Shown here in pieces: positions 19,964 to 30,308 of a DNA stretch of 64,000 nt. Every line of letters begins with the position of its first letter. Position 1 is the stretch's first letter. Under the pieces are notes generated by a model. That model did not search any database and had not been told where the DNA came from. It saw only the letters and a program-made list of their open reading frames with translations. The position numbers and the translations under genes are program-made. Location of the stretch: positions 3,098-67,097 of the forward strand of contig JACRNH010000026.1 of assembly GCA_016219325.1 (NCBI GenBank), read 5' to 3'. Source of the stretch: Candidatus Collierbacteria bacterium (lineage in GTDB: Bacteria > Patescibacteriota > Microgenomatia > UBA1400 > JACPES01).

Positions 19964-21256
19964 TTAAAAAGCTTCATCATTGGTAATAGAGTTAATATAT
20001 TCCAGTAATTTTTTCGGTTGGTAAGATCCGGGAACAAACTCCGCTTCGCTTTGATATGGAAATAAAATCGTCTGTTTAAGATTTTGCCGCTTAAAATTAT
20101 CTATCAATTTTTCCTGAAATCCCGGCAATTCTAAAAACCACGGAAATTGCGTCAGCCATGGCTTAGGAGGCAATCTATCGGATAAAACGTACGCCAGTTC
20201 CGGACCATTGACTAATAATACCGGTTGGTTTTTATCGGTCTCCATCGCCAATTTTGCCGCTACTTGATAAAATTCGGGCTCCAAAAATCGGTCAGGCTTT
20301 TGCCACTGGGCCTGAATTATCCTGAACCAGAAAAATCCCAAGTAAACTACCATTAGGCTTATTAAAATATAATTTTTATAATTTTTATAACCTTTATAAT
20401 AGTTATAAAGGCTTCCAATTTCCAACGCTAAAAAAGCGATCATTGGCTGAAAATGAAATAATCCAAATCTGGGAAAGACAAATAATCCAGACCAAAACGC
20501 CCACTGCAACGGACAATTTATGCTGAAAAATTTTCCCCACTCCCTCCTGCCTTTCAGTAATGCCCCCGCCCCTACAATTAACGCCGGGGCTAACGCCAAA
20601 GCCCAATGCCTCCACGTCGCCAAATCCAAATGCCCCGGCATCCTCGGGAAAAGCCGGAAAGTAAAATCGTAAGCCCAAAACCAATAATCGTTCAGTATTC
20701 CTCTGGACCAAAACCAAACCAGGCTCGTTCCTATTGTCACGGTGACCGCCACAACTAAACGTTTCCACTGTTTCCAAAACAAAGGGAATAACCACACCAC
20801 TGACTGTTTAACTAAAAACGCCGGAGCCAAAAACAAAGAGTTATCAAAATGAAACGCCAATAAAAGCAACGGCGCAACCGCTAAATCAAACCATAAACCA
20901 TTCCCGTCAAATAACGGCTGAAACAGCATAAAACTTATCAACGAAATAATTCCTGCCGTCTTTCCCCAGTGCTTGGCAGCTATTAAATAAATTAAGATAT
21001 CGGTAAAAATAATTATTAACCAAGTTAAAACTTTTAAATTCCAAATAGACAATCCGGTCAACCAAAACCATCCCTGTAAGATCCACATTAATCCCGGAGT
21101 CCACGGAACAATCATATCCCGGTAAAGTTCAAATCCGTTTTTCATCAAATACGGCATCAGCATCATCTCCGGCCAGACCTCAAACCGAAGTTGAGTTAAT
21201 ATCAGCAGATGGACAACGATCAAAAACGCAGCCTGTAGCATACTCCCATCCCCCAA
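19964..21256 (-). CDS. Polytopic membrane protein, hypothetical (possible GT-C/mannosyltransferase-like)
   Basis: Hydrophobic throughout; KNY 9-mer DNA repeat encodes YKGYKNYKNY. Confidence 0.35.
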   Translation of the reverse strand: MGDGSMLQAAFLIVVHLLILTQLRFEVWPEMMLMPYLMKNGFELYRDMIVPWTPGLMWILQGWFWLTGLSIWNLKVLTWLIIIFTDILIYLIAAKHWGKTAGIISLISFMLFQPLFDGNGLWFDLAVAPLLLLAFHFDNSLFLAPAFLVKQSVVWLFPLFWKQWKRLVVAVTVTIGTSLVWFWSRGILNDYWFWAYDFTFRLFPRMPGHLDLATWRHWALALAPALIVGAGALLKGRREWGKFFSINCPLQWAFWSGLFVFPRFGLFHFQPMIAFLALEIGSLYNYYKGYKNYKNYILISLMVVYLGFFWFRIIQAQWQKPDRFLEPEFYQVAAKLAMETDKNQPVLLVNGPELAYVLSDRLPPKPWLTQFPWFLELPGFQEKLIDNFKRQNLKQTILFPYQSEAEFVPGSYQPKKLLEYINSITNDEAF

Positions 21257-21849
21257 TTAAACATTTTCTTTTCCTCGACTTTTAGGCCGGCTTTTTTGAA
21301 TAACCCTTCCAAAAGTTCGACATTAAAAAATGTCAAGTGAGCTCTATTCCAAACTCTTCCTTTTCCAAATTTTTTCCAAAAAAACCAAATAACTTGAAAT
21401 AGCCAACTCCCGCTATCGATTTCTACAATTATCGATCCGCTTCCTTTAAGAATTCTTTTTAATTCTATTAATGTCCCAAATGGATCAATTACGTGTTCCA
21501 AAGTTTCCAGAATTGTAATTAAGTCCACAGACGAATTTCTCAGAGGCAGTCTATGGGCGTCTGCCTGAATAAAAACGATATTCCGGTGTATTTTCTTTCC
21601 GAAAGCCAGGGGCGGCAAATATGGGTCTATGGCGATTATTTTATTTAATTTAATTCTCTTAGACAATGAATTAACAAAACTTCCGTCAGCCGAACCGACT
21701 TCAACTAAAACATCAGCTTTCTTTCCGCCGACGGATTCCGCTACCGCTTTTAATTTCCCGCCATGCCAAATTCTCTGCAGGAAATTTGTTTTTACCCCGG
21801 ACGAAAAATAATCGGCCGGTACTTGCGACCAAATTTTAGGTAAATCCAT
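21220..21849 (-). CDS. Class I SAM-dependent methyltransferase
   Basis: LVEVGSADGSF motif I, DLITILETLEHV. Confidence 0.6.
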   Translation of the reverse strand: MDLPKIWSQVPADYFSSGVKTNFLQRIWHGGKLKAVAESVGGKKADVLVEVGSADGSFVNSLSKRIKLNKIIAIDPYLPPLAFGKKIHRNIVFIQADAHRLPLRNSSVDLITILETLEHVIDPFGTLIELKRILKGSGSIIVEIDSGSWLFQVIWFFWKKFGKGRVWNRAHLTFFNVELLEGLFKKAGLKVEEKKMFNWGMGVCYRLRF

Positions 21850-21875
21850 ATTTTGAGAATTGTATACTAAATTAT

Positions 21876-23792
21876 ATGTTGGTTACACCTGATTACGGTT
21901 TATCCGATATCTGGAATTTCAATTATCCGCTGAAAAATTTATTAAGTGAATCCTTAAAAACTGGAAAGTTTCCCCTTTGGACAGATATGATTGGAAACGG
22001 TTTCCCGATCGGGGCCGAGGGGCAAATCGGAGCCTTCAGCCCATTAAATTGGCTCATCTTTGGATTGCTGCCAATGCCGCAGGCGTTTACGGCGGCCCTT
22101 CTTTTAACATTCGTCATAACGTTTACCGGATCATATTTACTGATGAGGAAAATTGGATTGTCGAAAATCTTGAGCGCCATATCAGCGTTATTTGCCTCAT
22201 CCAATGGATATTTTATAGTCCAAATGACGCACCTTAATTTACTGCAATCTTTTTCTTTTATTCCTTGGGCCCTATTATTTACTGAAAAATTAATTTTCGA
22301 GAAAAATCTCCGGCCGGTACTGTGGCTGGGAGTCGTGCTGGCACAAATGGTTTTAGCCGGTTACCCGCAAACATTCATTAATACTTTGCTTATTTTAACT
22401 ATGTATTTAACTATCAGAAATTGGAATAAAAAAATATCTAATTTTACTAAGATAGCAGTCGCGGCTACCGTCGCAATTTTGCTGTCGGCGGTTCAAATTA
22501 TCCCTTTGCTTGAATTGGTAAAACAATCCGACAGCCTGTCTGCCGCAACCGGGCAAAGGTATATTCACCCTTTGCCGATAAAAAATCTATTGTCAATATT
22601 TTATCCTTTTATATTCGGAAATCCCTCTCGGGGAACATTTTCATATTATGGAAAGGGCTGGCCGATCTTCTGGGAAAATCTATTATACGTTGGGATTATC
22701 CCTTTCTTAGCGCTGATAGTCGGCGTAATTAAAAAAAGAATTTCCGGAACGCCAAAATATCTTGGACCTAAGAAAGCGATTGTAACCGTTTTTTTAATCA
22801 GCCTAATTCTATCCTTGGGAAAAAATACTCCGGCCGGATTGTTATTTAAACTTCCGCCGTTATCTTTTACCAGAATTGAATCCCGATTTCTGGCTTTCTC
22901 TAATATTTCACTGGGATTATTAGCCGGACTATTTTTATTAAAAATACTTTTCGGATTTTCTAAAAATTCACGGATAAAAGTTGTAATTGTAATCGCCTGT
23001 TTGCATATTTTCCAAATGGCATGGACTTTCCGCGATTATCATCTGTGGGGAAAAGATGAACAGTGGTTGAAAAAACCGGAAATAGCAGAAAAATTAAACC
23101 CTAATTCCAGAATAGTCACCATAAATCAGGAAGACTTATGGAAAAAGGCCGACTCTTATCAGGGATGGGAAGGAAAAGAAAATATGGTTCGCTACGCCGG
23201 AAAAACATTGGGGCCAAATTCAAACATGATTTTCAATATTAAACAGCTTGGCGCTTACGCTCAACAATATCCCAGACGTTTCGATATATTCAGACATTTT
23301 ATTTACGGAAACGAAACTCTGGGGAAAAATATCCGCGGCGTTTTCGGGGTAACCCATATTATCGACGCTTCATCCGGAAAAATTGAAATCGCGGAAAACC
23401 CATCGGCCATGCCGAATATTTGGACCTCAAGTCGGATTTATAAAGTAAAAGATATTGGAGAAGCGCTGGGAAGAATGTCGCAGCCGGACTTTACCTTAGG
23501 CGAAATTCTTTGGGAAAGTGAAACAGTCCCCGGCGCAAATGAAAAGATTGTGGTTTTCAACCGGAGCTGGTACCCGGGCTGGAAGGCTTACGCCAACGGG
23601 CAACAGATTAAAATTTATCCTGCCAATATCAACCAACAGGCAGTTATTGTGCCGTTTTCAATACCGCCATCTGAAATAACTTTACGGTATGACCCAATAT
23701 CATACAAAATCGGTTTCGCGATAACCTTTGCCACAATCATTGGATGGATTGTTTTATTTTTAAAGTCCACACCAAGGTCATATTATGTTTAA
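21876..23792 (+). CDS. YfhO-family-like polytopic membrane protein (638 aa)
   Basis: TGKFPLWTDMIGNGFPIGAEGQIGAFSPLNWL resembles YfhO N-terminal motif; many TM helices. Confidence 0.45.
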   Translation: MLVTPDYGLSDIWNFNYPLKNLLSESLKTGKFPLWTDMIGNGFPIGAEGQIGAFSPLNWLIFGLLPMPQAFTAALLLTFVITFTGSYLLMRKIGLSKILSAISALFASSNGYFIVQMTHLNLLQSFSFIPWALLFTEKLIFEKNLRPVLWLGVVLAQMVLAGYPQTFINTLLILTMYLTIRNWNKKISNFTKIAVAATVAILLSAVQIIPLLELVKQSDSLSAATGQRYIHPLPIKNLLSIFYPFIFGNPSRGTFSYYGKGWPIFWENLLYVGIIPFLALIVGVIKKRISGTPKYLGPKKAIVTVFLISLILSLGKNTPAGLLFKLPPLSFTRIESRFLAFSNISLGLLAGLFLLKILFGFSKNSRIKVVIVIACLHIFQMAWTFRDYHLWGKDEQWLKKPEIAEKLNPNSRIVTINQEDLWKKADSYQGWEGKENMVRYAGKTLGPNSNMIFNIKQLGAYAQQYPRRFDIFRHFIYGNETLGKNIRGVFGVTHIIDASSGKIEIAENPSAMPNIWTSSRIYKVKDIGEALGRMSQPDFTLGEILWESETVPGANEKIVVFNRSWYPGWKAYANGQQIKIYPANINQQAVIVPFSIPPSEITLRYDPISYKIGFAITFATIIGWIVLFLKSTPRSYYV

Positions 23793-25275
23793 ACATTTTT
23801 GGTCAAAAGTTATATTGACAATTATTTTTTCCCTGCTGGTTTTTCCAAATCTTGGAATCAGAACTTTATGGCAAGACGAGGCGGAAACCGCCTTAGTTGC
23901 CAGACAAATGGTCAAATCAAATAATTGGCTGCCATACGCTTATGACGACCAGGGACCGATCAATCAGGATTGGAATTATCAATTTTCAGTTAGCAAATTA
24001 TGGCGCTGGCATCCGTGGCTCCAATTTTATGTTACCATTCTGTCGTTTAAATTCTTCGGTGTTTCCGCCTTGACCGCCAGATTGCCTTTTACCTTAATCG
24101 GAATTTTATTTTTTTGGTATTGGTTGGGATTTATCGAAAAACACGGCCCGAAAAATAAACTATTCTATTTTCTGGCGGTTAGTTTAGTTTTAACTTCTGT
24201 CCCGCTTTTATTGCATATCAGGCAAGCCAGATATTATTCATTGGCATTGTTGTTTACCTTGATGGCGGTGGATGGATATTTGCTTAATCTGAAAAGGACG
24301 GTCCTCTCCAAAAGAGGGCCGTCCTTTAAATATATTCTCGGCAGCATTTTACTTTTTCACAGTTTCCTTCCCGGAGCGCTGGCTTTACAAATTTCTTTCT
24401 GGATTCATCAAATTTATCGTTTGATAAGACCCGGCCTTGCGATGCAGCAAGGCCGGGCTTTTATTCGGTTCGCCGCCACTTTCTCAACAACTCTAATCTT
24501 TACTCTCCCATGGGCCTGGTGGCTCAAAATCGGGGGCCAAAATCTAAACTTTAATTTAGAAATTATTAAACAAAATCTACACTGGCATTATGTTTACATC
24601 CATAAATTTATTTTTCCGGTTTTTCTTTTAATCCCGTTTTTATTTTCCGGAATTAGATCAAAAATTTTAAAAAACAATAATGGCTTACTATTTTTATTAA
24701 TAATCATTACCACCCTCGGGCTTTATACCATCAACCATCCATATTTTTTCCGCTATTTGGTGCCGTTAGTCCCGTTTTTCACTTACCTCGCCGCCCGGAT
24801 TATTGTTTCACTTCCTAAAAAATTGGCTATCGCTGCCACATTTATCGCCTTTTTCCCGGGTCTTAGACTTCTTCCTGACTATTTATTTGAAATTGCTCAT
24901 CCGTATATTGGAACTAATGAGCAGATAATAGCAATGCTTAATTCCGAAAAATTTTCTGGGACTAAAAGCCTGGCCGTAAATTACGACGACTTTACTTTCC
25001 GGTTTCATACTAATTTAATTGTTCATGGAGCCCAAGAATTGACAAAATTAAATACCTGCCCCGACTCTGTGATTATTTTTCCGGAGTGGGGAAATGAAGA
25101 CTTACTGGAGAATATTGCCAACGGTTGCCACTTAGAAAATTATCCGTCTGAAATTAGTTATGCAAAGCTGGCCGATGACCCAAGTCCGGTCAACCACCGT
25201 TTTACGCCTCCTCAAACCGGTTCAATTAAGATTTTTGTAAAACCTCCGGAATCTCTTGTTTATCCATCTGAATAG
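23785..25275 (+). CDS. GT-C fold membrane glycosyltransferase (ArnT/PMT-like); two in-frame palindromes
   Basis: LWQDEAETALVARQM first-loop motif; polytopic. Confidence 0.55.
   Translation: MFKHFWSKVILTIIFSLLVFPNLGIRTLWQDEAETALVARQMVKSNNWLPYAYDDQGPINQDWNYQFSVSKLWRWHPWLQFYVTILSFKFFGVSALTARLPFTLIGILFFWYWLGFIEKHGPKNKLFYFLAVSLVLTSVPLLLHIRQARYYSLALLFTLMAVDGYLLNLKRTVLSKRGPSFKYILGSILLFHSFLPGALALQISFWIHQIYRLIRPGLAMQQGRAFIRFAATFSTTLIFTLPWAWWLKIGGQNLNFNLEIIKQNLHWHYVYIHKFIFPVFLLIPFLFSGIRSKILKNNNGLLFLLIIITTLGLYTINHPYFFRYLVPLVPFFTYLAARIIVSLPKKLAIAATFIAFFPGLRLLPDYLFEIAHPYIGTNEQIIAMLNSEKFSGTKSLAVNYDDFTFRFHTNLIVHGAQELTKLNTCPDSVIIFPEWGNEDLLENIANGCHLENYPSEISYAKLADDPSPVNHRFTPPQTGSIKIFVKPPESLVYPSE
24293..24327. 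repeat. P1-related palindrome AAAGGACGGTCCTCT-CCAAA-AGAGGGCCGTCCTTT in GT-C gene
   Basis: Read directly; one mismatch between arms. Confidence 0.6.
24426..24460. repeat. P1 degenerate copy AAGACCCGGCCTTGC-GATGCA-GCAAGGCCGGGCTTT in GT-C gene
   Basis: Read directly. Confidence 0.7.
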
Positions 25276-25945
25276 ACCTCGCATCTCTTAGATTGATAAA
25301 CCATTTATGTTTTTTCAACCTATCAATTGTCGATAATTCCGATAGCCAATTTTCCGACCGTTTCAAGTGCGTCGTATGAAGATACCAGGTGTCAATAAAT
25401 TTCAACCTTTCTGGTATATCCTGAATTTTTTTGCCGCCGTACTCATACCATTCCTTCGGATACACCCCCTTAACTGTCAGTCTCGGCAAATTCCGAATTG
25501 CCCGAATATTTAAGTGGCCGCGGTAGTGGCCGATTTGATAATGCCCTTCCGACTCCGGCAAATAATGATATAAATCTCCGACAACATTCCTGGTTTTATT
25601 GACTAAAGCGATAGTTTCAGGACCGCAGGATTTCATTATCGAAATCAACTTTTCCAGATTATTTTTCGGCCAGATTTCATCTCCGTCAACCAATAAAATC
25701 CATGGCGTTTTGGTCATTCCCAACTGTTCGTTTCGTAATATAACAAGTTTTTTCCGGCTGACATTCCCTTTTTCCATAAATTCTATTCTTGAATCATTAA
25801 TGGATAAAATTTCATGAACTGTGTTATCGGTCGAGCCGGTATCCCAAACCAAAGCCCTTTTAACATCTTTAGACGCCAAAGCCGAAATTAAAACAGCTTT
25901 AATAAATCTGTCCTCGTTTTTAACGATCGTATGTAAGGTAATCAT
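25226..25945 (-). CDS. GT2-like glycosyltransferase (family 2, SpsA-like)
   Basis: ITLHTIVKNEDRFI...LVDGDE (DxD) architecture. Confidence 0.45.
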   Translation of the reverse strand: MITLHTIVKNEDRFIKAVLISALASKDVKRALVWDTGSTDNTVHEILSINDSRIEFMEKGNVSRKKLVILRNEQLGMTKTPWILLVDGDEIWPKNNLEKLISIMKSCGPETIALVNKTRNVVGDLYHYLPESEGHYQIGHYRGHLNIRAIRNLPRLTVKGVYPKEWYEYGGKKIQDIPERLKFIDTWYLHTTHLKRSENWLSELSTIDRLKKHKWFINLRDARSIQMDKQEIPEVLQKS

Positions 25946-26423
25946 TTACAACCTCCTTTAATAAATCTGCCATTACCCGGTGGCCTTTTTCGGTAAAATG
26001 ACCATCTTGCGGATAGTATAAAAAACCGGCTTCTTTTTTAGCTGCGTCTCTAAAATCCGGAACTAAGTTAACAACTTTAATGTCGTTTTTATCACCAAAT
26101 TCTACCAATAAATCGGCTGCTGTCGCCGGATATAATTTCCCTGTTTCAAATCCGTTCCTAACCCTGCCCTCGCTCCATTCGTCCTCCCCTGCCTGATGAC
26201 CATAAGGATAAGTCGTAACAACAAAATGGATCTTTTTTTTCTTCAATAAATCCTTGATTTTGATTAAATTGGCTGATATCTCTTTCCATGCTTCCGGATT
26301 AGCAGCATTCTCTTTGGATCTGGTGATATAGTGAGGATCGCTATTGAGATCGTTAACTAAAAACACTGTCGGTTCCGGCAAGTTTTTAATTTTCCTAACC
26401 AACTGTTTTGTTCTATCAGCCAC
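25920..26423 (-). pseudogene. SGNH/GDSL hydrolase, C-terminal half (block V DGHFTEKGH), out of frame with upstream N-terminal half
   Basis: Homologous to the C-terminus of the intact 436-aa SGNH protein at 38570..39880 (RYFYERDGHFNARGHGRVAEAL vs FLYYPQDGHFTEKGHRVMADLL); T8 homopolymer inside. Confidence 0.45.
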
Positions 26424-26467
26424 TACCGCATAGAGAGCGGAAGTAGATCTTAGCCAAAATTTAATTT

Positions 26468-27070
26468 TTAGTTAACCGTCGGAATAGCTACATGCGGCCG
26501 GCCCATTTGCTGCTGGAATAAAATATTTTGAAAATTCCCGTCCTTATCAATATCTTTGGCATACGCGAAATCATTTTGATAATCGCTCATATCAACATTA
26601 ACTATCACTAAATCCGGATTTAACGGCAAACCCTTATCTTTAATTATCCGATAATAAATAGCCGGGGCATAACTCATAACTCCCATGTTAACTGTCTCTA
26701 TTTTATGTCCGGTTTCCGCAGTCATTTCTTTCCCGGTTAAATACACAGCTATTTTAGCTTCCGCGACACTCTCCCCTTCTATAAATGAATCGCCAACCAC
26801 TAACACCCTAAAAACGCCTGCCGGCTTTAGCGCTTCCAAATCTTGCCCCCTAAATCCTAAGTTATTAACTTTGAATTCCACATCCCATTCCGGATATTTA
26901 GACCGGCAAACCGTATCCGGAACCAACTCGTGATGAAACTGCGGGCTCTGGCGGCGGCAAGCTCTGGTCTCAATATTCCGGTTACGGAAATTTTCCCAGC
27001 GGAAAAAAAATTCCGAAAATACTAAAAATATTAATCCCGACAAAAATGCCAAAAATACTTTTGACTTCAT
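26468..27070 (-). pseudogene. SGNH/GDSL hydrolase, N-terminal half (signal/TM anchor + GDS block I)
   Basis: VFRVLVVGDSFIEGESVAEA matches IYRILILGDSMTFGWGVEDG of the 38570..39880 paralog; ends at a stop and the downstream fragment is in another frame. Confidence 0.45.
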
Positions 27071-27073
27071 AAA

Positions 27074-28303
27074 TTAAATAGCCGCTAAAACTGTAGTAAG
27101 AGCCAATGACCCAAACAAGGCAATTGCGACTCCGACACCGCCGAAACTTACAATAGAAAATGGGACCGCTACTGCCAATACAACCAGCTGAAGAATTGAA
27201 AGCATGGCAAATTTTTTGGCGTTTGAATGGTAATAAAGCAGACGGCTCCACCAAGGAGTTGAAAATAAAAATAAAGAAAAATAGCCCATCATCCAATAGG
27301 CAAAAACAATTGATCCCTGAAAATTATTGCCGTACAAAAATTTTATCGCCCAAGGATAAACCGGAATTAATAAAAACATGGATGCCGCCAAACCGCCGGA
27401 CAAAAATAACGCTTTTTTTAAATATATTATAGATTCATTGCGGTTAGAAAAAGAAGCAAATCTCGGAGCCAGAACCCGGGAGATGGACGATGCCAACTGC
27501 TGAACCGGCATATATAACCTAAACGCAGCTTGATACCATCCGACCATCTCCAAAGAGACCATTCTGGTTAAGAAAAAAATGTCCAATCTGCTGCTGACTG
27601 ATGATGCCACAAAAGCCAAGGTCATCCATGACTGGTAAACGGTAAACTCTTTATGATTAAATTTATCACCTGCTTCAACGCTAATCAGATCTTTTACTTT
27701 CGGCAAAGCGATAATAGTTGACAATAGCAAACCAAGAATATAGCTCCATAAGGCCGATGCCAACGGTGACAATCCAATTTTCCATAAAATAAAAAATCCC
27801 AACAATCTAATAACAGACGATAGAATATCAACCGCGGAATCCAGAAAAAATTCTTTTCCGGCCTGAAGCGCGGTTTTTACAAAAGAAAAAATTGCTTTAG
27901 CCGGAATCAGCCAAACAGATATTTTAAGGGCATAAGAAATTTCAGGTTTTCCCAATACCCAGATTACCGCCGGAATAAAAATCCAAAGTAAGACGGAAAA
28001 AATAATGGAGAACAATATTTTTCTTTTTAACCCGTTTCTTAAGGCTATTGCCATCCATCCGGATTTGGAACCGAAACTGATGATGGCATTGTTTATGGCG
28101 ATGTCAAACAGATCAACCGCGGTTATGGCAACAGCTATGGCTATGCTGAAAATTCCGAAAACTGTCGGGCCTGCCTGATGGGCTAATATAAAAAAGAAGA
28201 CCGCCCCCAATACAGATGAGAGGTTATTCCCGATAAATACTATCGTCGTATCTTTAAATGTAGCGGTTCTAAAAGATTTTAATAATCCTAGTAATTTATT
28301 CAT
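27074..28303 (-). CDS. Polysaccharide biosynthesis protein / Wzx-like oligosaccharide flippase (MOP superfamily)
   Basis: 409 aa, about 12 predicted TM helices; N-terminal pattern typical of Polysacc_synt family. Confidence 0.45.
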   Translation of the reverse strand: MNKLLGLLKSFRTATFKDTTIVFIGNNLSSVLGAVFFFILAHQAGPTVFGIFSIAIAVAITAVDLFDIAINNAIISFGSKSGWMAIALRNGLKRKILFSIIFSVLLWIFIPAVIWVLGKPEISYALKISVWLIPAKAIFSFVKTALQAGKEFFLDSAVDILSSVIRLLGFFILWKIGLSPLASALWSYILGLLLSTIIALPKVKDLISVEAGDKFNHKEFTVYQSWMTLAFVASSVSSRLDIFFLTRMVSLEMVGWYQAAFRLYMPVQQLASSISRVLAPRFASFSNRNESIIYLKKALFLSGGLAASMFLLIPVYPWAIKFLYGNNFQGSIVFAYWMMGYFSLFLFSTPWWSRLLYYHSNAKKFAMLSILQLVVLAVAVPFSIVSFGGVGVAIALFGSLALTTVLAAI

Positions 28304-29768
28304 ATTTTGAAATTATCACCTCAAGGCTGGGACTAAAAACCTTAGATTCAATATCGTCCATCTTCAGTTGATTGTACTTTTTATTTTGCTCCGGAGTTAA
28401 ATCGTCCGGAGTTATGAATGTCACCAAATATCTTGGTTTCATATAGCCGGCTTTTTTATCATACAACCAGGAAAGGTCCTGATCTACAAAACTGGATTGC
28501 GGCTCTTTCCCGCTCAATAAAAATAAATATCTAACTCCATTGTAACGGCTGCAGCTAGAAATCGAATCCAAGTCAAATTCTTCGTTTCCCACATTTGATA
28601 TAGCCCAGACCACCGCCTGCCGTTTTACCGCAAGTCCCTGCGGATGATAAGACTTGGAAATTATAAATAAATTAAATCCGACTATCACCATAAGTCCCGC
28701 TACAGCTACGATTTTTCCCCACTTCTCCCAAATAAAATTGATTCCTCCGGCGGCCAAAAGTATCACTACCGGATACAAAACAGCCAAATAAAAATCATAT
28801 AAATTCCCGCCCCTTGATCTGAAAATAAAGATTCCAACAATCCCTGACAGAATCAATATCCGCAATATTGAATTTTCCGGAGTGGGAAGTTTACGAAACT
28901 TCCCGCTGAAAAATGGGATTGACAACAGAAATATCGTCAATCCAATCGCCCACCAGGGTTGATTGTTAACCCTGCCGTCGGCAATCTCCCGACACCAGGA
29001 ATAAAACTTCAATAAATTTCCGTTCAAATTGGTAATCGGAAATAATAACCGGCTTAAGCCTTGAGGTATAAACAACAGCGTATTTATATCCGGAACGCCA
29101 ACCGGCGGGTTAACTCCCTGCATAAACTTCCCTAAATTGGCTCCCGGATGGCGGAATTCAAAAAACACCAGGGGCAAAAGGGAAATTGCCAAAATCCCGA
29201 CCGCCGCTAGAATTCCTTTCCATTGCCGTCTAAAATTTAGCACCGCCGCAACTCCTACCGCCATGAATAGAGGCAAAACCGTCAAATCTGCCTGCCAAGC
29301 TAAAGCTAGAACTGATCCCAAAATTATCCACCACCAAATGGGAAGTTTACGAAACTTCCCATTTTTCAAAATATGGATGAGGCATAAAATTACCAGCAGA
29401 GACAATATCGGATCCAAAACCAGCGGCCACCAATGACGATCGCTCATTACCGCCATAAAACTCGTCGCCCACAGCAAAGCCGCTATCAACCCTATCCGCT
29501 CGCTAAATAAAGTTTTTCCCACCAGCCACATCAGCCAAATTGTTCCGGTTCCGAAGATCGCCGCGGTTATCCCCCAACCAATCGGATCAAGATGAGAGAA
29601 CCATAACGGAATTGACGAAAGATAATAAAATGCCGGACCGAGATGAAATCCAAACGGGGTTCCGCCGCCGATCAGAAAAGGCTTTCCTGTGGATACAAAT
29701 TCTCTTAGTTTCCAGACAATTACTTCCTCGTCGAATTCAAAATGAAACCAAGAATTTAGACTTACCAA
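28296..29768 (-). CDS. Polytopic membrane protein, hypothetical (possible GT-C); two in-frame P2 palindromes encoding GKFRKLP
   Basis: Hydrophobic; no soluble domain recognised. Confidence 0.35.
   Translation of the reverse strand: MVSLNSWFHFEFDEEVIVWKLREFVSTGKPFLIGGGTPFGFHLGPAFYYLSSIPLWFSHLDPIGWGITAAIFGTGTIWLMWLVGKTLFSERIGLIAALLWATSFMAVMSDRHWWPLVLDPILSLLVILCLIHILKNGKFRKLPIWWWIILGSVLALAWQADLTVLPLFMAVGVAAVLNFRRQWKGILAAVGILAISLLPLVFFEFRHPGANLGKFMQGVNPPVGVPDINTLLFIPQGLSRLLFPITNLNGNLLKFYSWCREIADGRVNNQPWWAIGLTIFLLSIPFFSGKFRKLPTPENSILRILILSGIVGIFIFRSRGGNLYDFYLAVLYPVVILLAAGGINFIWEKWGKIVAVAGLMVIVGFNLFIISKSYHPQGLAVKRQAVVWAISNVGNEEFDLDSISSCSRYNGVRYLFLLSGKEPQSSFVDQDLSWLYDKKAGYMKPRYLVTFITPDDLTPEQNKKYNQLKMDDIESKVFSPSLEVIISKYE
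28884..28904. repeat. P2 palindrome GGGAAGTTTACGAAACTTCCC (encodes GKFRKLP)
   Basis: Identical 21-mer also at ~29340-29360 in same gene. Confidence 0.85.
29340..29360. repeat. P2 palindrome GGGAAGTTTACGAAACTTCCC, second copy
   Basis: Read directly. Confidence 0.85.
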
Positions 29769-29821
29769 TCGTAGGCTTAAACCCGCCAGCAGAATTATTA
29801 ATAGAGAAAATCTATATTTTG

Positions 29822-29932
29822 TCAGGATTGTTATCTTGTTATCTTGCTAACTTGATATATTGCTAAAGATAGTTAAAGTCGCAACTGATAAGACTTCAGG
29901 ATAACAAGATAACAAGCTAGCAAGCTAACAAT
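29822..29932. repeat. Intergenic hairpin element IG-B (TGTTATCTTGTTATC ... GATAACAAGATAACA, 15-bp perfect stem, about 60-nt loop, TTCAGGAT direct repeats)
   Basis: Related copy at ~36712-36780. Confidence 0.65.
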
Positions 29933-29936
29933 CAAA

Positions 29937-30308
29937 TTATGTTGAACTTTTGGCTATCATCAGTATTCCCACGATAATCACAACTAAGCCGCTCCATCTC
30001 AATAGCGGAATATCTTCATGCAAAACAAATTTAGACAGAAGAATCGTCACGATATAAGCGAAAGCCACCATCGGATAAGCAAAGGACAATTTTTCCCGGG
30101 ATAAAACTACCAGCCATAAGAAAACATTAACTCCAAAAAATGCCAAACCTCCGATAACATACCTATTAGAAAATGTTTTCAAAATGATATTAATTAAACC
30201 GTCGGAAAACTTTAGTTCCCCCACTTGGGTCATCCCGATTTTTAATATCATTTGGCCGATGGCCGCGGCTGTCACCGGAATTAATATTGAAATAATGCGA
30301 TTAAACAT
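29937..30308 (-). CDS. SMR/DMT-superfamily small membrane protein, ArnE/ArnF-like (EamA-like)
   Basis: 123 aa, 4 TM, within aminosugar-lipid module. Confidence 0.45.
   Translation of the reverse strand: MFNRIISILIPVTAAAIGQMILKIGMTQVGELKFSDGLINIILKTFSNRYVIGGLAFFGVNVFLWLVVLSREKLSFAYPMVAFAYIVTILLSKFVLHEDIPLLRWSGLVVIIVGILMIAKSST

Noticed and set aside
20376-20412. AATTTTTAT 9-mer repeats in 19964..21256
   Set aside because: Unit is a multiple of 3 (encodes KNY repeats), so it cannot frameshift; ordinary low-complexity coding.
26982-27296. ORF 26982..27296 (104 aa) bridging the SGNH fragment and the flippase gene
   Set aside because: Overlaps the ends of two better-supported genes in another frame; translation is poly-F/I low complexity.
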